64,000 nucleotides of DNA from Blastocladiella emersonii ATCC 22665. Taxonomy: Eukaryota > Fungi > Blastocladiomycota. The stretch spans positions 1,178,001-1,242,000 of the forward strand of contig JANHCV010000009.1 of the NCBI GenBank assembly GCA_025594325.1, in the 5' to 3' direction. Positions 47,352 through 56,448 of the stretch are shown here, one piece after another. The notes beneath the pieces were generated by a model, which worked only from the letters and a program-made list of their open reading frames with translations, had not been told where the DNA came from and did no database searches. Each line of letters begins with the position of its first letter. Positions within the stretch are counted from its first letter, which is position 1. Made by a program: the position numbers and the translations under genes.

Positions 47352-47390
47352 ACCGCCAACTTTTTTTGTTGCAGTGTTCTAAACTAAACC

Positions 47391-48611
47391 ATGTCCAGTA
47401 CCAACGCCCAGTTCTCGCAGGTCCTGTCCAAGACTCTCCCTCCCGAGATGTCATTCAACCTGCCCAAGGAGTCCGTCTATGCCGAGCGCCAGACCGTCCA
47501 GTTCACGGCTCAGGGCGGCCCTGAGTTTGCTCCTGGCAACAGCATAAGCGTCCTGCTCCCGCCGCGCGACGACATGATGGACACGCACTGTACTTTCCTG
47601 CAGTTCTCGGCCAAGACCACAGACGCCAACGTCGCTTTTTGCAATGGTATCTTCAGCGTCATTGACCGTGTCCGCATCTACAGCGCGTCTGGTGCCCTAC
47701 TCGAAGAGCTCCCGTACTACAACCTGCATCAGCGCATTGAGGCCGACGTGACGGTCCCCCAGTACCTCAAGGACTCGTGTCTTGGCGTGGCACAGGGCTA
47801 CTTTGCGTCTGGCGCTGACAAGTTTGCCGTCTCGTCTGGGCTGCACCGGTACATGCTGCCCATCAAGTCCGCCCTGCTGGCGAACCAGAAGCACCTCCCA
47901 ATGAAGTACATGGGCGGCATCCGCGTTGAGTTCACCCTTGCACCTGGCAGCGACGCCTGCGTGGTCAAGAACAATGCAATCCCGGGCTACACAGTCAAGG
48001 ACGTCTGCATTGTCTCGGACCTGATCAAGCTCAACGACCAGCAGATCGCGGTCATGGACGCGGCCTTCAAGAAGCAGGGCCTCAAGCTCTTTGGCACGAC
48101 CTACAACCACCACTTCCTGAACTACTCAGTGCCCAACTCGACGCTCAACATCTCGGACCGCTCGGCCTCACAGAAAGACATCCTGCTGTCGTTCCGCAAC
48201 AATGCCGTGCTCAACGACAATGCCAAGGACTCGTTCCTTTGTGCCAAGACCATTACATCGTACCAGTTCAGCGTGGCCGGCCAACTCTTCCCTCAGTGAC
48301 CCATCCGCTGTGACGACTATGCGTCCGAGGCGTTTGTTGAGCTGACCAATGCCTTCCATGGCCACGTCATTGGCGCTGGCCTCACAGTTGACAAGTTCAA
48401 CGCGCCGGCCGAGGGTACCTTTGTTGTCGGCCGTGACCTTGAGTCAAGTCGCACCGTGGTCAGCGGCGACAAGTCTTGCAAGAGCCAGGCCGTGGACATG
48501 CAGGTGATCCTGACTTCAAGCGTGGCCCCGAACCAGCGCGTGGACGCCTTCATTGGCATCGACGTGGTCTACGAGTTCCTGCCAACCGGCGAGATCAACA
48601 TCTACAAGTAA
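47391..48611 (+). pseudogene. PLV-type double jelly-roll major capsid protein (406 codons) with in-frame TGA at 48297
   Basis: SVIDRVRIYSASGALLEELPYYNL near the N-terminus. The frame continues past the TGA through GTFVVGRDLE...SG to EINIYK*. Located between ATPase and minor capsid gene. Confidence 0.8.
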
Positions 48612-48653
48612 CGGCCCTGTCCTTTCTTTTCTTGCGTAGAGTTAAACCCCGCC

Positions 48654-48920
48654 ATGATCTTCCGTAACCTCTGGACCAACTTTAGCAATGTGCTCGGCCA
48701 GGTTGGGTCCTTTGTCAACAAACACATGCCAACCGTCCTCAAAGGCGTCAAGACCGTGTCCAAGTTCTTTGAGCGGTCGCACAACCCCGCCGTGAGCTCC
48801 ATTGCGCAGATGGTGACCAAGGGCGCGGACCTTGCCCAAGACATTCACACCTGGTACAACCAACCAACAAGCGAGATCTTTGAGGCAGACGCTGACGACA
48901 CGGGGACAGCTGTACAATAA
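48654..48920 (+). CDS. Small protein (88 aa) with N-terminal amphipathic helix
   Basis: MIFRNLWTNFSNVLGQVGSFVNKHMPTVLKGVKTVSKFF; sits between MCP and minor capsid gene. Confidence 0.6.
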   Translation: MIFRNLWTNFSNVLGQVGSFVNKHMPTVLKGVKTVSKFFERSHNPAVSSIAQMVTKGADLAQDIHTWYNQPTSEIFEADADDTGTAVQ

Positions 48921-48938
48921 ATTGTTGTCTTTGTTTAA

Positions 48939-49670
48939 ATGTCCGAGTACAAGACGCTGACCATCTGCAGCCGTGACCTCAAGAACGGCATCCTGTACCT
49001 ACCACAACCCCTGTCCGTGCGCGGCGTCAAGGTCAACTCGGCGTACCTCTGCAACAGCTGGCACAAGGCCAACAAAGTGTACCTGACCCAGAGCCGTGGC
49101 GCGCTGACGTTCCCGGGCACCATCACCGTCCCTGATGGCAACTACACGGTCGAGACGTTCACGGCCACGCTCAAGAGCCTGCTCAACAACGCGCCCTCAG
49201 CGTACCTCTGGCAGGGCACATGGGACGTCCAGGTTGACTCGACTACCCAGAAGATGCGCCTGGCCAACGACACGGTTGACTTTACAATTGGAACAGGGAC
49301 GGCGTCGCTGAACGTCCACATGGGCTTTGTTGGAGCGTATGGCTACAGCAAGGTCCAGTACGCGTCGGCGCTGGTCAACATCTCGCCCATCAACCTGCTT
49401 CACGTCTACTCGCGCAACCTTGGCACCCGGCTTGCGGACAACATGTACAGCGCGTACCCACAAGACAACGGCGTACTTTGTAGCATCCACGTCACGCAAC
49501 CCTTTGGCAGCTGGTTTGAGCATCGACCACACATGGGTGACTACTTTCGCTTTGACGCGCAGGGACAGGCCCAGCAGATTGACTGTATTGACATTGACGT
49601 GGTAGACAAGAACCTGCGCTCTGTCAACTTTCTCGGCCAACCCTTCTACGTCGAGCTCGCGTTCATCTGA
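48939..49670 (+). CDS. Minor capsid (penton) protein (243 aa)
   Basis: VPDGNYT insertion motif and C-terminal IDCIDIDVVDKNLRSVNFLGQPFYVELAF pattern typical of PLV/virophage pentons. Confidence 0.8.
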   Translation: MSEYKTLTICSRDLKNGILYLPQPLSVRGVKVNSAYLCNSWHKANKVYLTQSRGALTFPGTITVPDGNYTVETFTATLKSLLNNAPSAYLWQGTWDVQVDSTTQKMRLANDTVDFTIGTGTASLNVHMGFVGAYGYSKVQYASALVNISPINLLHVYSRNLGTRLADNMYSAYPQDNGVLCSIHVTQPFGSWFEHRPHMGDYFRFDAQGQAQQIDCIDIDVVDKNLRSVNFLGQPFYVELAFI

Positions 49671-49701
49671 CGTTGACTTTAATTGTTGTCGTACTGTAAA
49701 C

Positions 49702-49797
49702 ATGATCCTCGAGACGCTCCTTGTTGCAACCAACGCCCTGATCCTCGTAGCCAACCTGGCCATTGTTGGGTACAAAGCAAAGTATTCCGCGCCGTAG
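49702..49797 (+). CDS. Predicted 31-aa single-pass membrane micropeptide
   Basis: MILETLLVATNALILVANLAIVGYKAKYSAP*, preceded by the TTGTTG...TAAAC-ATG motif seen upstream of other viral genes. Confidence 0.5.
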   Translation: MILETLLVATNALILVANLAIVGYKAKYSAP

Positions 49798-50035
49798 AGT
49801 AAGCAAAAACATGTGCTTTAAATTCTTTCTTCAAAGGCATAGTAAGACACAGGACAATGAATACTGGCTCTACTGCATCAACGCCCCGCGCACCTTCCAC
49901 GAGCATCCCTTGGACTGGCCGTCCGGGCCCCCAGTCAACAGCCAACTACACGGCCATCCACAACGTGGCCCTGCCAGGTGCCAAGGTTGTGTACACTGTC
50001 TGCTTTGAATAGATCCTTCAAGTTAACTTGGTTAG

Positions 50036-50215
50036 CTACCTTGAAGCCTTTACTGGTCGCTCTCAGACTACCCGCCAGTATGTGTACTTGTGCCCACAGC
50101 ACGGGTACACAACTTGGACCCACAGCAGCTCATTGTCATGGACCCAGCTGGGAGCATCATAGTGATCGCATGGCGGCTTGGGCAGGGGGACGATCTCTTT
50201 GATACAGCCTCGCAT
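50036..50215 (-). CDS. Small Cys/His-containing viral protein, possibly with internal TGA at 50063
   Basis: MRGCIKEIVPLPKPPCDHYDAPSWVHDNELLWVQVVYPCCGHKYTYWRVV*ERPVKASR*; upstream TTGTT...GTAACT-ATG motif. Confidence 0.35.
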
Positions 50216-50363
50216 AGTTACAGTAGTCCAACAAAGTTTAAATTGACAAACGCATTCAACGCACTTGGCATGACGTAGCAACGGGACACACTACGGCATT
50301 GTGGACCCGACCAGGGCCCCTGCCCACTTTTGAACAGCTCGCCGTAAGCCATGGACCGGGTCG

Positions 50364-51089
50364 CGGCAGCCTGGACCGGGTTGCCTGCCCTTTGAACCGT
50401 TCGCCATAAGCCATGGACCAGGTTCAATGGACCAAGTCGATTGAAATTCGTTCGGGGTAAGCCATGGACTGGGTGGACTGGGTTGAGGGGGTCGATTGAC
50501 GTTTAGGGATTTGAAAGGGGGGGGGGGAAGAGTGGCACTGGAGCGGTCCCTCCCCCCCTTTTCACTACACTGTTACTTTAAAACAACCCGGTCAACCCGG
50601 TCAACCCAGTCCATGGCTTACCCCAAGCGAATTTCATGGACCGGGTTGTCTTTGAACCCGGTCCAGTGAGCTCCAACCCGGTCCAGTTTGGGGCGGCCAT
50701 CGAGAGCCATCTGGGGCTGGTCGCCAACCTGGGTCGCTGCTCGCGTTCTTGGACTGACCGCCGACCTCTGGTGGAATTATTCCGAGAGCCTTCAAGGGCC
50801 TATTGCCGCGACCAAGTCGTGGGCCGGCTCATAGAGTGACTCCGTGGTCGCGTTGCGTTGCACGTCTGGGGCATGTGATCGCCGCTCCCCCCTCCCCCCT
50901 CCCCCCGCCCACCTGCTTCGGCCTTCGGCCTCCGATCCGGGTGGCGAAATCCCTAAGGATATCGCTATATTCATTATGAGTCACTCGGGGTAAGCAATGA
51001 GATATCACGTGGGTTAGCCTGGGTGGATAGAGTCCAGAGGCGAAGTCCCTAAGGGCAGCCGTGTGCCGTATCCCTTAAGGGATACGGCA
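50364..51089 (-). repeat. Right terminal inverted repeat (~726 bp) ending in the 26-bp palindrome (51064-51089)
   Basis: Reverse complement of 36304-37039. Confidence 0.9.
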
Positions 51090-51094
51090 AGAGA
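51090..51094. repeat. Right target-site duplication AGAGA
   Basis: Matches 36299-36303. Confidence 0.9.
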
Positions 51095-51414
51095 CTCTTG
51101 CGACAGACCGCCAGGTGGCCAACCATATCGTAACCTTTTGTGCATGACCGAGTGGACCCGCACAGCTGGGCAAGACAGAGAGCGTGGAGCGCGCCTTGCA
51201 CACACGCATTTTCGACGTTTTGAAGCGACACGGCTCGTTTGGTAACGGCAAGAAACACTCGCGGCGCCACGGCGCGAGGAAGGACGCGCGAATAGTGGGC
51301 CAGCGCGTAGTCAAGCGGGTCGGTACAGAAAACGGCGTAGACCAAGATGCGCTCTGCCACCTCGACCGGCACACGGCAGCGCGGTTCATTCGATTGCATC
51401 AAGTCGTTACTCAT
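51090..51414 (-). pseudogene. 5' part of host LRR gene split by PLV-1
   Basis: MSNDLMQSNEPRCRVPVEVAERILVYAVF...AVCRKSL runs into the TSD. The rejoined frame reads RKSLSSLLTSARNTSQFHVLEWFRDESG. Confidence 0.75.
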
Positions 51415-51676
51415 TGTGCTCGTTGTGTGCTCGAGTATGAGCTTGGCCAAGAGAGTGTCGACCTCGCGCAAACGGTGAGTCAGCCTGGATCAACGAGCAT
51501 CACGTGTGAATGATTGCCACGCCAACTCATCCGCGCCGAGCTGCGCGCCGAGGGAGCTGTTCCGCACCAACTGGCAGGATTGACTTGAGTGCTCGTGAAG
51601 ACCCTCAAGTTTGCACAGATTAATCAAAACCACAGAGTTTTTTACTCGACGTTTCCCAATACGAACGGAACCGCGA

Positions 51677-53425
51677 TTACTCTTCGGCCGCCGCCCGCCC
51701 ACCCTTCTCGACATCGCCACTACCACCGTTGAGCGCCTTGACCATATCCTCGACCGCCGCTACAAACTCGCGCGCGTTCATCACGGCCTCCTCGCTGTCC
51801 ACGCTCGCGTGGTACGCGTAGTGGTGGGCCGTGATCCGCGTCACCGTCGGCTGCGGGCGGAACAACTCGTCCTTGCGCTTCGGGCTGCGGCGGTACTTGT
51901 CGGGCATCTTGATGGCCTCGTCGCCCGACTCGAGGAACAGCGTCCAGCGGGCGACCGAGACGCCAATGTCGCCGCGCACCACGGTCGCGACACGCGATGA
52001 GTACATTTTGAGGTACTGGATGCGCGACGCGATCGCGTGCGGGACCAGCGACATGGTCCAGCGCGGGCTCGAGTCGCGGCGCGACGTGAGGACGGCGGTC
52101 ACGACGCCGAGGTTGGCCTTGAGGTACGCCTCAAGCGCCGGGACGATCTGCGCGACCACATCGTTGTGGACCGACCCGTCGGCTGTCGTGCGGTCCCACT
52201 GGCGGAACGTCTGGCGCACGCGGAACCCGAGCGCGCTGGGCGTCGCGACCGAGAACTTATTGATGTGCTGGTTCTCCATGCGCACATACTCGAGCTCGAC
52301 CAACGCGGGAGCGCCAGCGGCGGTGGCGGGCGTCAGCAGGAACCCAACACGGTACAGCCCGCTGTTGCGGCGCTGCCACACGGTGCGCGGGTCCGTGTGC
52401 GTCGACTGGAACACGAACCGGATCTTGTGCTGCGTGCCGAACGTGTCGAAACCCAGCGGCTCGAGCAGGTCGGCGATGGCCGACGCCGGGTCGCCGCCTG
52501 CGGCCGCCGTGTCCGAGTCGCACACGGCGAGGCACCACGTCGGCTTGATCTCGCACGCGGCCAGAGCGCGCACGACCTCCTTGGGCGCGAACGAGGCCGT
52601 CTCGCCGCTGCCGAAGGCGCCAAAGTTGCTGTGCGGTAGGGCGCGGGCCAGCGGGCCGGTGACCTGCACGCGCGGGAACACGATGTTGCCGAAGCTGGCC
52701 TTGAGCTTGAGCAGCAGCCGCGCTGCCGACTTTTTGGTGACGCGCGGCGCGGCCCACGCGAGCAAGTCCTCGCGCCGCTGGACAATCGACGTGACAAGCA
52801 TGGTGGTGTAGCTTCCCGGGCGCGCCACGTACATGACCTGGTTGTGGCGGATCCGCTTCGACTTCTGGGCGTTGAGGTCGAGGCGCTCGTCGACGTTCGA
52901 CGCCAGCGACGACACCGCGTCGACGCTGCTTGACGGCGTAGCGGGTACGAGGCAAAAGTACGGCGGCGGGGTATCAAGGGCGCTGACACGGAGGTCGCCG
53001 TCGGGCACGATAGCCCAGCTGAGCGGCGCGCCCGTGTGCGGGAGCACGAGGAACGTGACGATCGGGTCGTGGAAGTAGCGGTCCATCTGGTGCGTCGCTT
53101 GCTCGAGGATCGAGCGGACCGCGGCAAGCTGCGACAGGCCGTCCTCGCAGTGGACCGAAGCGCGCAGGACGTGGGTGACGGGGATGTTGCTCATGTCGAC
53201 TGGCGGCTTCACGTCGTACGGGTCGTGCGGTGGGTCGAGCTCGACGCGCACAAGCGGGTACTCGGCGCGCAGCTCGTCGAGGTTGAGCGAGTGGCCCGGG
53301 TCGGGCAACGCGAGCGAGACCCAGGCCGCGTCAGGCCCGAGCTCAGCGGTCTGCTGGGCGCGCACGGCGCGGCGGTTGTTGCGGGCGCGGACCGGAGCCC
53401 AGCCGTCATCGTCGCCGTTTGACAT
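51677..53425 (-). CDS. Host hypothetical protein (582 aa)
   Basis: Long ORF with strong GC3 bias like RPC1; ATG 53425 (MSNGDDDGW). No family recognised. Confidence 0.7.
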   Translation of the reverse strand: MSNGDDDGWAPVRARNNRRAVRAQQTAELGPDAAWVSLALPDPGHSLNLDELRAEYPLVRVELDPPHDPYDVKPPVDMSNIPVTHVLRASVHCEDGLSQLAAVRSILEQATHQMDRYFHDPIVTFLVLPHTGAPLSWAIVPDGDLRVSALDTPPPYFCLVPATPSSSVDAVSSLASNVDERLDLNAQKSKRIRHNQVMYVARPGSYTTMLVTSIVQRREDLLAWAAPRVTKKSAARLLLKLKASFGNIVFPRVQVTGPLARALPHSNFGAFGSGETASFAPKEVVRALAACEIKPTWCLAVCDSDTAAAGGDPASAIADLLEPLGFDTFGTQHKIRFVFQSTHTDPRTVWQRRNSGLYRVGFLLTPATAAGAPALVELEYVRMENQHINKFSVATPSALGFRVRQTFRQWDRTTADGSVHNDVVAQIVPALEAYLKANLGVVTAVLTSRRDSSPRWTMSLVPHAIASRIQYLKMYSSRVATVVRGDIGVSVARWTLFLESGDEAIKMPDKYRRSPKRKDELFRPQPTVTRITAHHYAYHASVDSEEAVMNAREFVAAVEDMVKALNGGSGDVEKGGRAAAEE

Positions 53426-53434
53426 GTTGATGTT

Positions 53435-53461
53435 GATGATGATGATGATGATGATGATGAT
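53435..53461. repeat. (GAT)9 microsatellite just upstream of the hypothetical gene's start codon
   Basis: Read directly from the sequence. Confidence 0.9.
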
Positions 53462-53879
53462 CCGTGTGATGTTGCGTGGGGGAGGCGAGATCGACAGCGA
53501 CAAAAGATGAGCGTGTCCTGCTCGCGTCCAGCTTCTCCCCGGCGATTGTTTCACTTTGGTGAAAGCTCACGTGCGCATGAGAGTCGCGCCCTGAATTCCT
53601 CAAGGTATCGGTAGTACGGTAGGGCTCTCGGGCGAGCCGCTTGAGAGCAACCGCTGCGCTCATGGGGGCCGCGCAGAAGCCGAGCGTTCGTGTCCGAGTT
53701 ATTGTCAGTCGGCCCTGACCCAGCCTGCTTGTTGATGTCGTGACTGCGTGGCGTCCATCTAGTGGACGTGGCTTCGCGGCAACTTGTCGCGATTCGAGCG
53801 GAAAAGGCGACGAATCGACGCGAGGTGACGAAAAGCGTACGACGCGTCAGCTCCACCGCTCCGCCTCGGTCAACCCCTC

Positions 53880-53971
53880 TTGACGAGAAACACATGAAAA
53901 TGGATCCGGACTTGATGCAACGCGCTAGGGGTGTGTGCGTTCCACACTCTGTCTCAGCAGTAGGCGACTAG
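53880..53971 (+). pseudogene. 5' stub of a family B gene (MKMDPDLMQ)
   Basis: ATGAAAATGGATCCGGACTTGATGCAAC is near-identical to family B starts; similarity ends after about 9 codons. Confidence 0.6.
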
Positions 53972-56200
53972 GCCGGCTGGAAAATTACTGGAGTTCGAAG
54001 TCAAGTTGATGGGATGTGGTTGGTCTCGCTCGAGGGAATCAGTTTCGCAATGTTGAGCATGTGTCGGTCGCTGTAGTTCTAGCCGCTGCTCAGGATGACG
54101 AGCTGCCGCCAAAGGAGCAGTGCAGTTGCCGAGGGCTTGCGGACGAGATCGATGCAATCAAGGTCAAAGATCTCATCAGGCTGGAGCCCGAGGCGCCGCG
54201 CGTGTTTCGCGGCGGCCATCGTGTTCCACGCGTCACGCACCGAGTTCTGCGCCGTGATGAGCAGCAGCTGGTCGCTCCAGTCGTCGAGTCGTTCTGGATG
54301 CTGGCCGAGTACAACGTCCGCTCGACACGAACGAATGTACTCGATCACGCGCTGCAAGACGTTGCAGTTGCGCAGGTCCTGGAGCACGTTGAGAAACTCC
54401 GCGTCGCCTGACTGCCGCATCTGCTGGACGAGGATGAAGACCGAGTCGAAGGCGAGCCACTGATCGTGGCCAATGTTGGCGTCGGTTCGAGTTCTGCTGA
54501 CCGCTGGCCGCTCCTTGCACTTCGACGCGCGCTTCTTCTGCTGCTGCTGAGGCTCGCCGTCGACCTGCATCGGGTCTCCATCATGAACCGCGTCGATGTC
54601 CGCCTCGGGCTTGGTCGCCTGTTCCGAAGGGATTGTGAGCGAGCGCGCCATAACGGGCTCGAACTAGAAAAATGTCGCCAACCGGGAGGACGTGCAGGCT
54701 GCCAAATGGACGATGGTCGCGGCTCGAGTACAGCACATCGAAGCGCAAATACAACGCGGCAAGGAGCTTGGCGCCGACCATGGAGTTTCATCAATGATCA
54801 CAAACTTGACCTGGCGGCGTAAGGAGGACTTAAAACTTGTTCTTGATTGCGTTGTTCATCGGCTTGGTTGCTGAGACGGTCGTGCCGATACCGCACATGG
54901 CGTGGTTCGTGGAGCCGCCAGGTCGATGTAGTTGACGAGTTGCGCAAACCACGCCGGATCTGAGTCGACCTTTAGCAGCTACTGGCGAAGCTCGAGTGGC
55001 AGAGCAGGCACGGGCCCATACGAGTTCGAGAGCAGTCCGTAGTAAACTTCTGACATGAGGAGCATGGCCGCGTGCTGGTCGCTCTTGGAGATGATGGACA
55101 GGAACTCGTGCAGGACAGCGTTGTTGCCGTGAGCTTCTTGCGCGATGCCGACGGGCATGATCTCGCCGTCAGCCTTGTCGTCGTTACCCATGCCAGCACC
55201 GCCAGCGCGTCGAAGGTCGACCTTCTCGGGCGTCACGCTATTGTCGGCCTCGGAATCAGCGATGAGCTTGCCGGGCGACGTGTTCACGTAGTCGCGGAAG
55301 TTTTTGATCCACCGGAGCCGGTCGCTGCCCTGCTCAAGCGTGTTCTTGAAGAGATCGAGCGTCTGCGACCACGTCTCGTCGCGAGCCGGAGACCAGCTCG
55401 TTGATGACGCGGAGCGGCTCGAACAGGATCATGCAGATCATGGCCCGCGACTCGGTGCTGCCGATATTGGACGACTGGCTGTCCTGCTTGTTGAACAGCG
55501 GCACAGGAACGACTTTGGTCGCGCGCATCGCGACGATGAGCTTGCCGACTGCAGCATGCGTGTCGCCTGGCGGCACCTTGGTTATGTAGTAAATGACGTG
55601 GGCGACGTTGCCAGATGTCATGACAAGGTTCTTGATCTTCACGTTCAAGCCCAGGAGCGCGATAGTTGTCGGAGTGTACTAGTTGATCCAGTGGTGCAAT
55701 CGCCGGTGGAACGCAACGGCCTTGAGCTCACCCGTTTTGGGAGCTAGCACGATCTCGATATGCGCGACCAATTTGAGGAGCCTGCCGTAGTCGAGGACAG
55801 TGTCTCGATTGAAGCAACGAGGTTTGGATTGAGTTGAGCTGCAATCACAGCGAAGCCAAGAAGCGGAGAACGAGATCTCAGGATTCCTTCAAAACTCCTT
55901 CAGAACCCCATGAAACGCGGAGAAGCTGGATACGGAAACGTCTCAATAGAAATATATGTGAACAAATAGACAGTCGAAATAGTGAATTCATGATCGCACG
56001 GGAAGAGCACGAAGAAGAATTGGACCAAATCGGACGAGACTCCACAGGATGATGCCTTGTATGGTGCTTGCCTCGTTGCATAGAGTAACAGTGTGAATTT
56101 TATTATAGGATTTAGAGAAAATTGAGCAAGAGATCATTCGATCGCGACCACGACGTGTCGCGATGCGTAGTGATTGGAGTGACAGGAAAGACACGCGTGC
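53970..56200 (-). mobile_element. Decayed Helitron remnant (Rep and Pif1-like helicase fragments); boundaries approximate
   Basis: Rep-region-like TGEL...RRLHHWIN*YTP...NVKIKNLVMTSG...VIYYITK at ~55820-55580. Pif1 motifs WLAFDSVFILVQQMRQSGDAEFLNVLQDLR and LITAQNSVRDAWN in ORF 54079-54651. Multiple stops and frameshifts. Confidence 0.65.
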
Positions 56201-56448
56201 CAGAAACCCCAGCTTGAGCGCGAATTCAGCTCGACAGAAACTCAGCCTACTGCTGAGAACGTACGTTTGAGCAGGTACGCACTGGCATCGCCCGAAGCCA
56301 AACATGATGGAGCAGGCGAAGCAGCGCATCTTTCATGTGCACGAGTTACACGTGTGTGGCTGGGGCTTGAGGCTTGAAACTTGAACGCCGACTCCTGGCG
56401 ACTTCGACTCTCCCCTCCTATGAACGCTCGCCGGCACATGTAAAACAA

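Larger units (their letters stand above)
36304..51089. mobile_element. Complete endogenous Polinton-like virus (PLV-1), 14,786 bp
   Basis: Long TIRs, TG...CA termini, 5-bp TSD, and a gene set of TVpol-SF3 helicase, tyrosine recombinase, rve integrase, fibre, A32-like ATPase, MCP and minor capsid protein. Confidence 0.92.

Noticed and set aside
41597-48299. UGA recoding (alternative genetic code or readthrough) to explain in-frame TGAs
   Set aside because: TGA terminates other viral genes (46525, 49668), Trp is encoded by TGG throughout, and parallel CpG>CpA missense changes and TIR differences favour deamination. Not formally excluded without homologue alignment.
36304-51089. LTR retrotransposon (TG...CA, 5-bp TSD, rve integrase) or classical Maverick/Polinton
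   Set aside because: The terminal repeats are inverted, not direct, and there is no RT. No pPolB or cysteine protease was found; capsid and ATPase genes with TVpol indicate a PLV.
53925-53971. CTAG at 53925 or 53968 as the Helitron 3' terminus
   Set aside because: Only weak hairpins nearby and no matching 5' TC end identified; cannot be supported.
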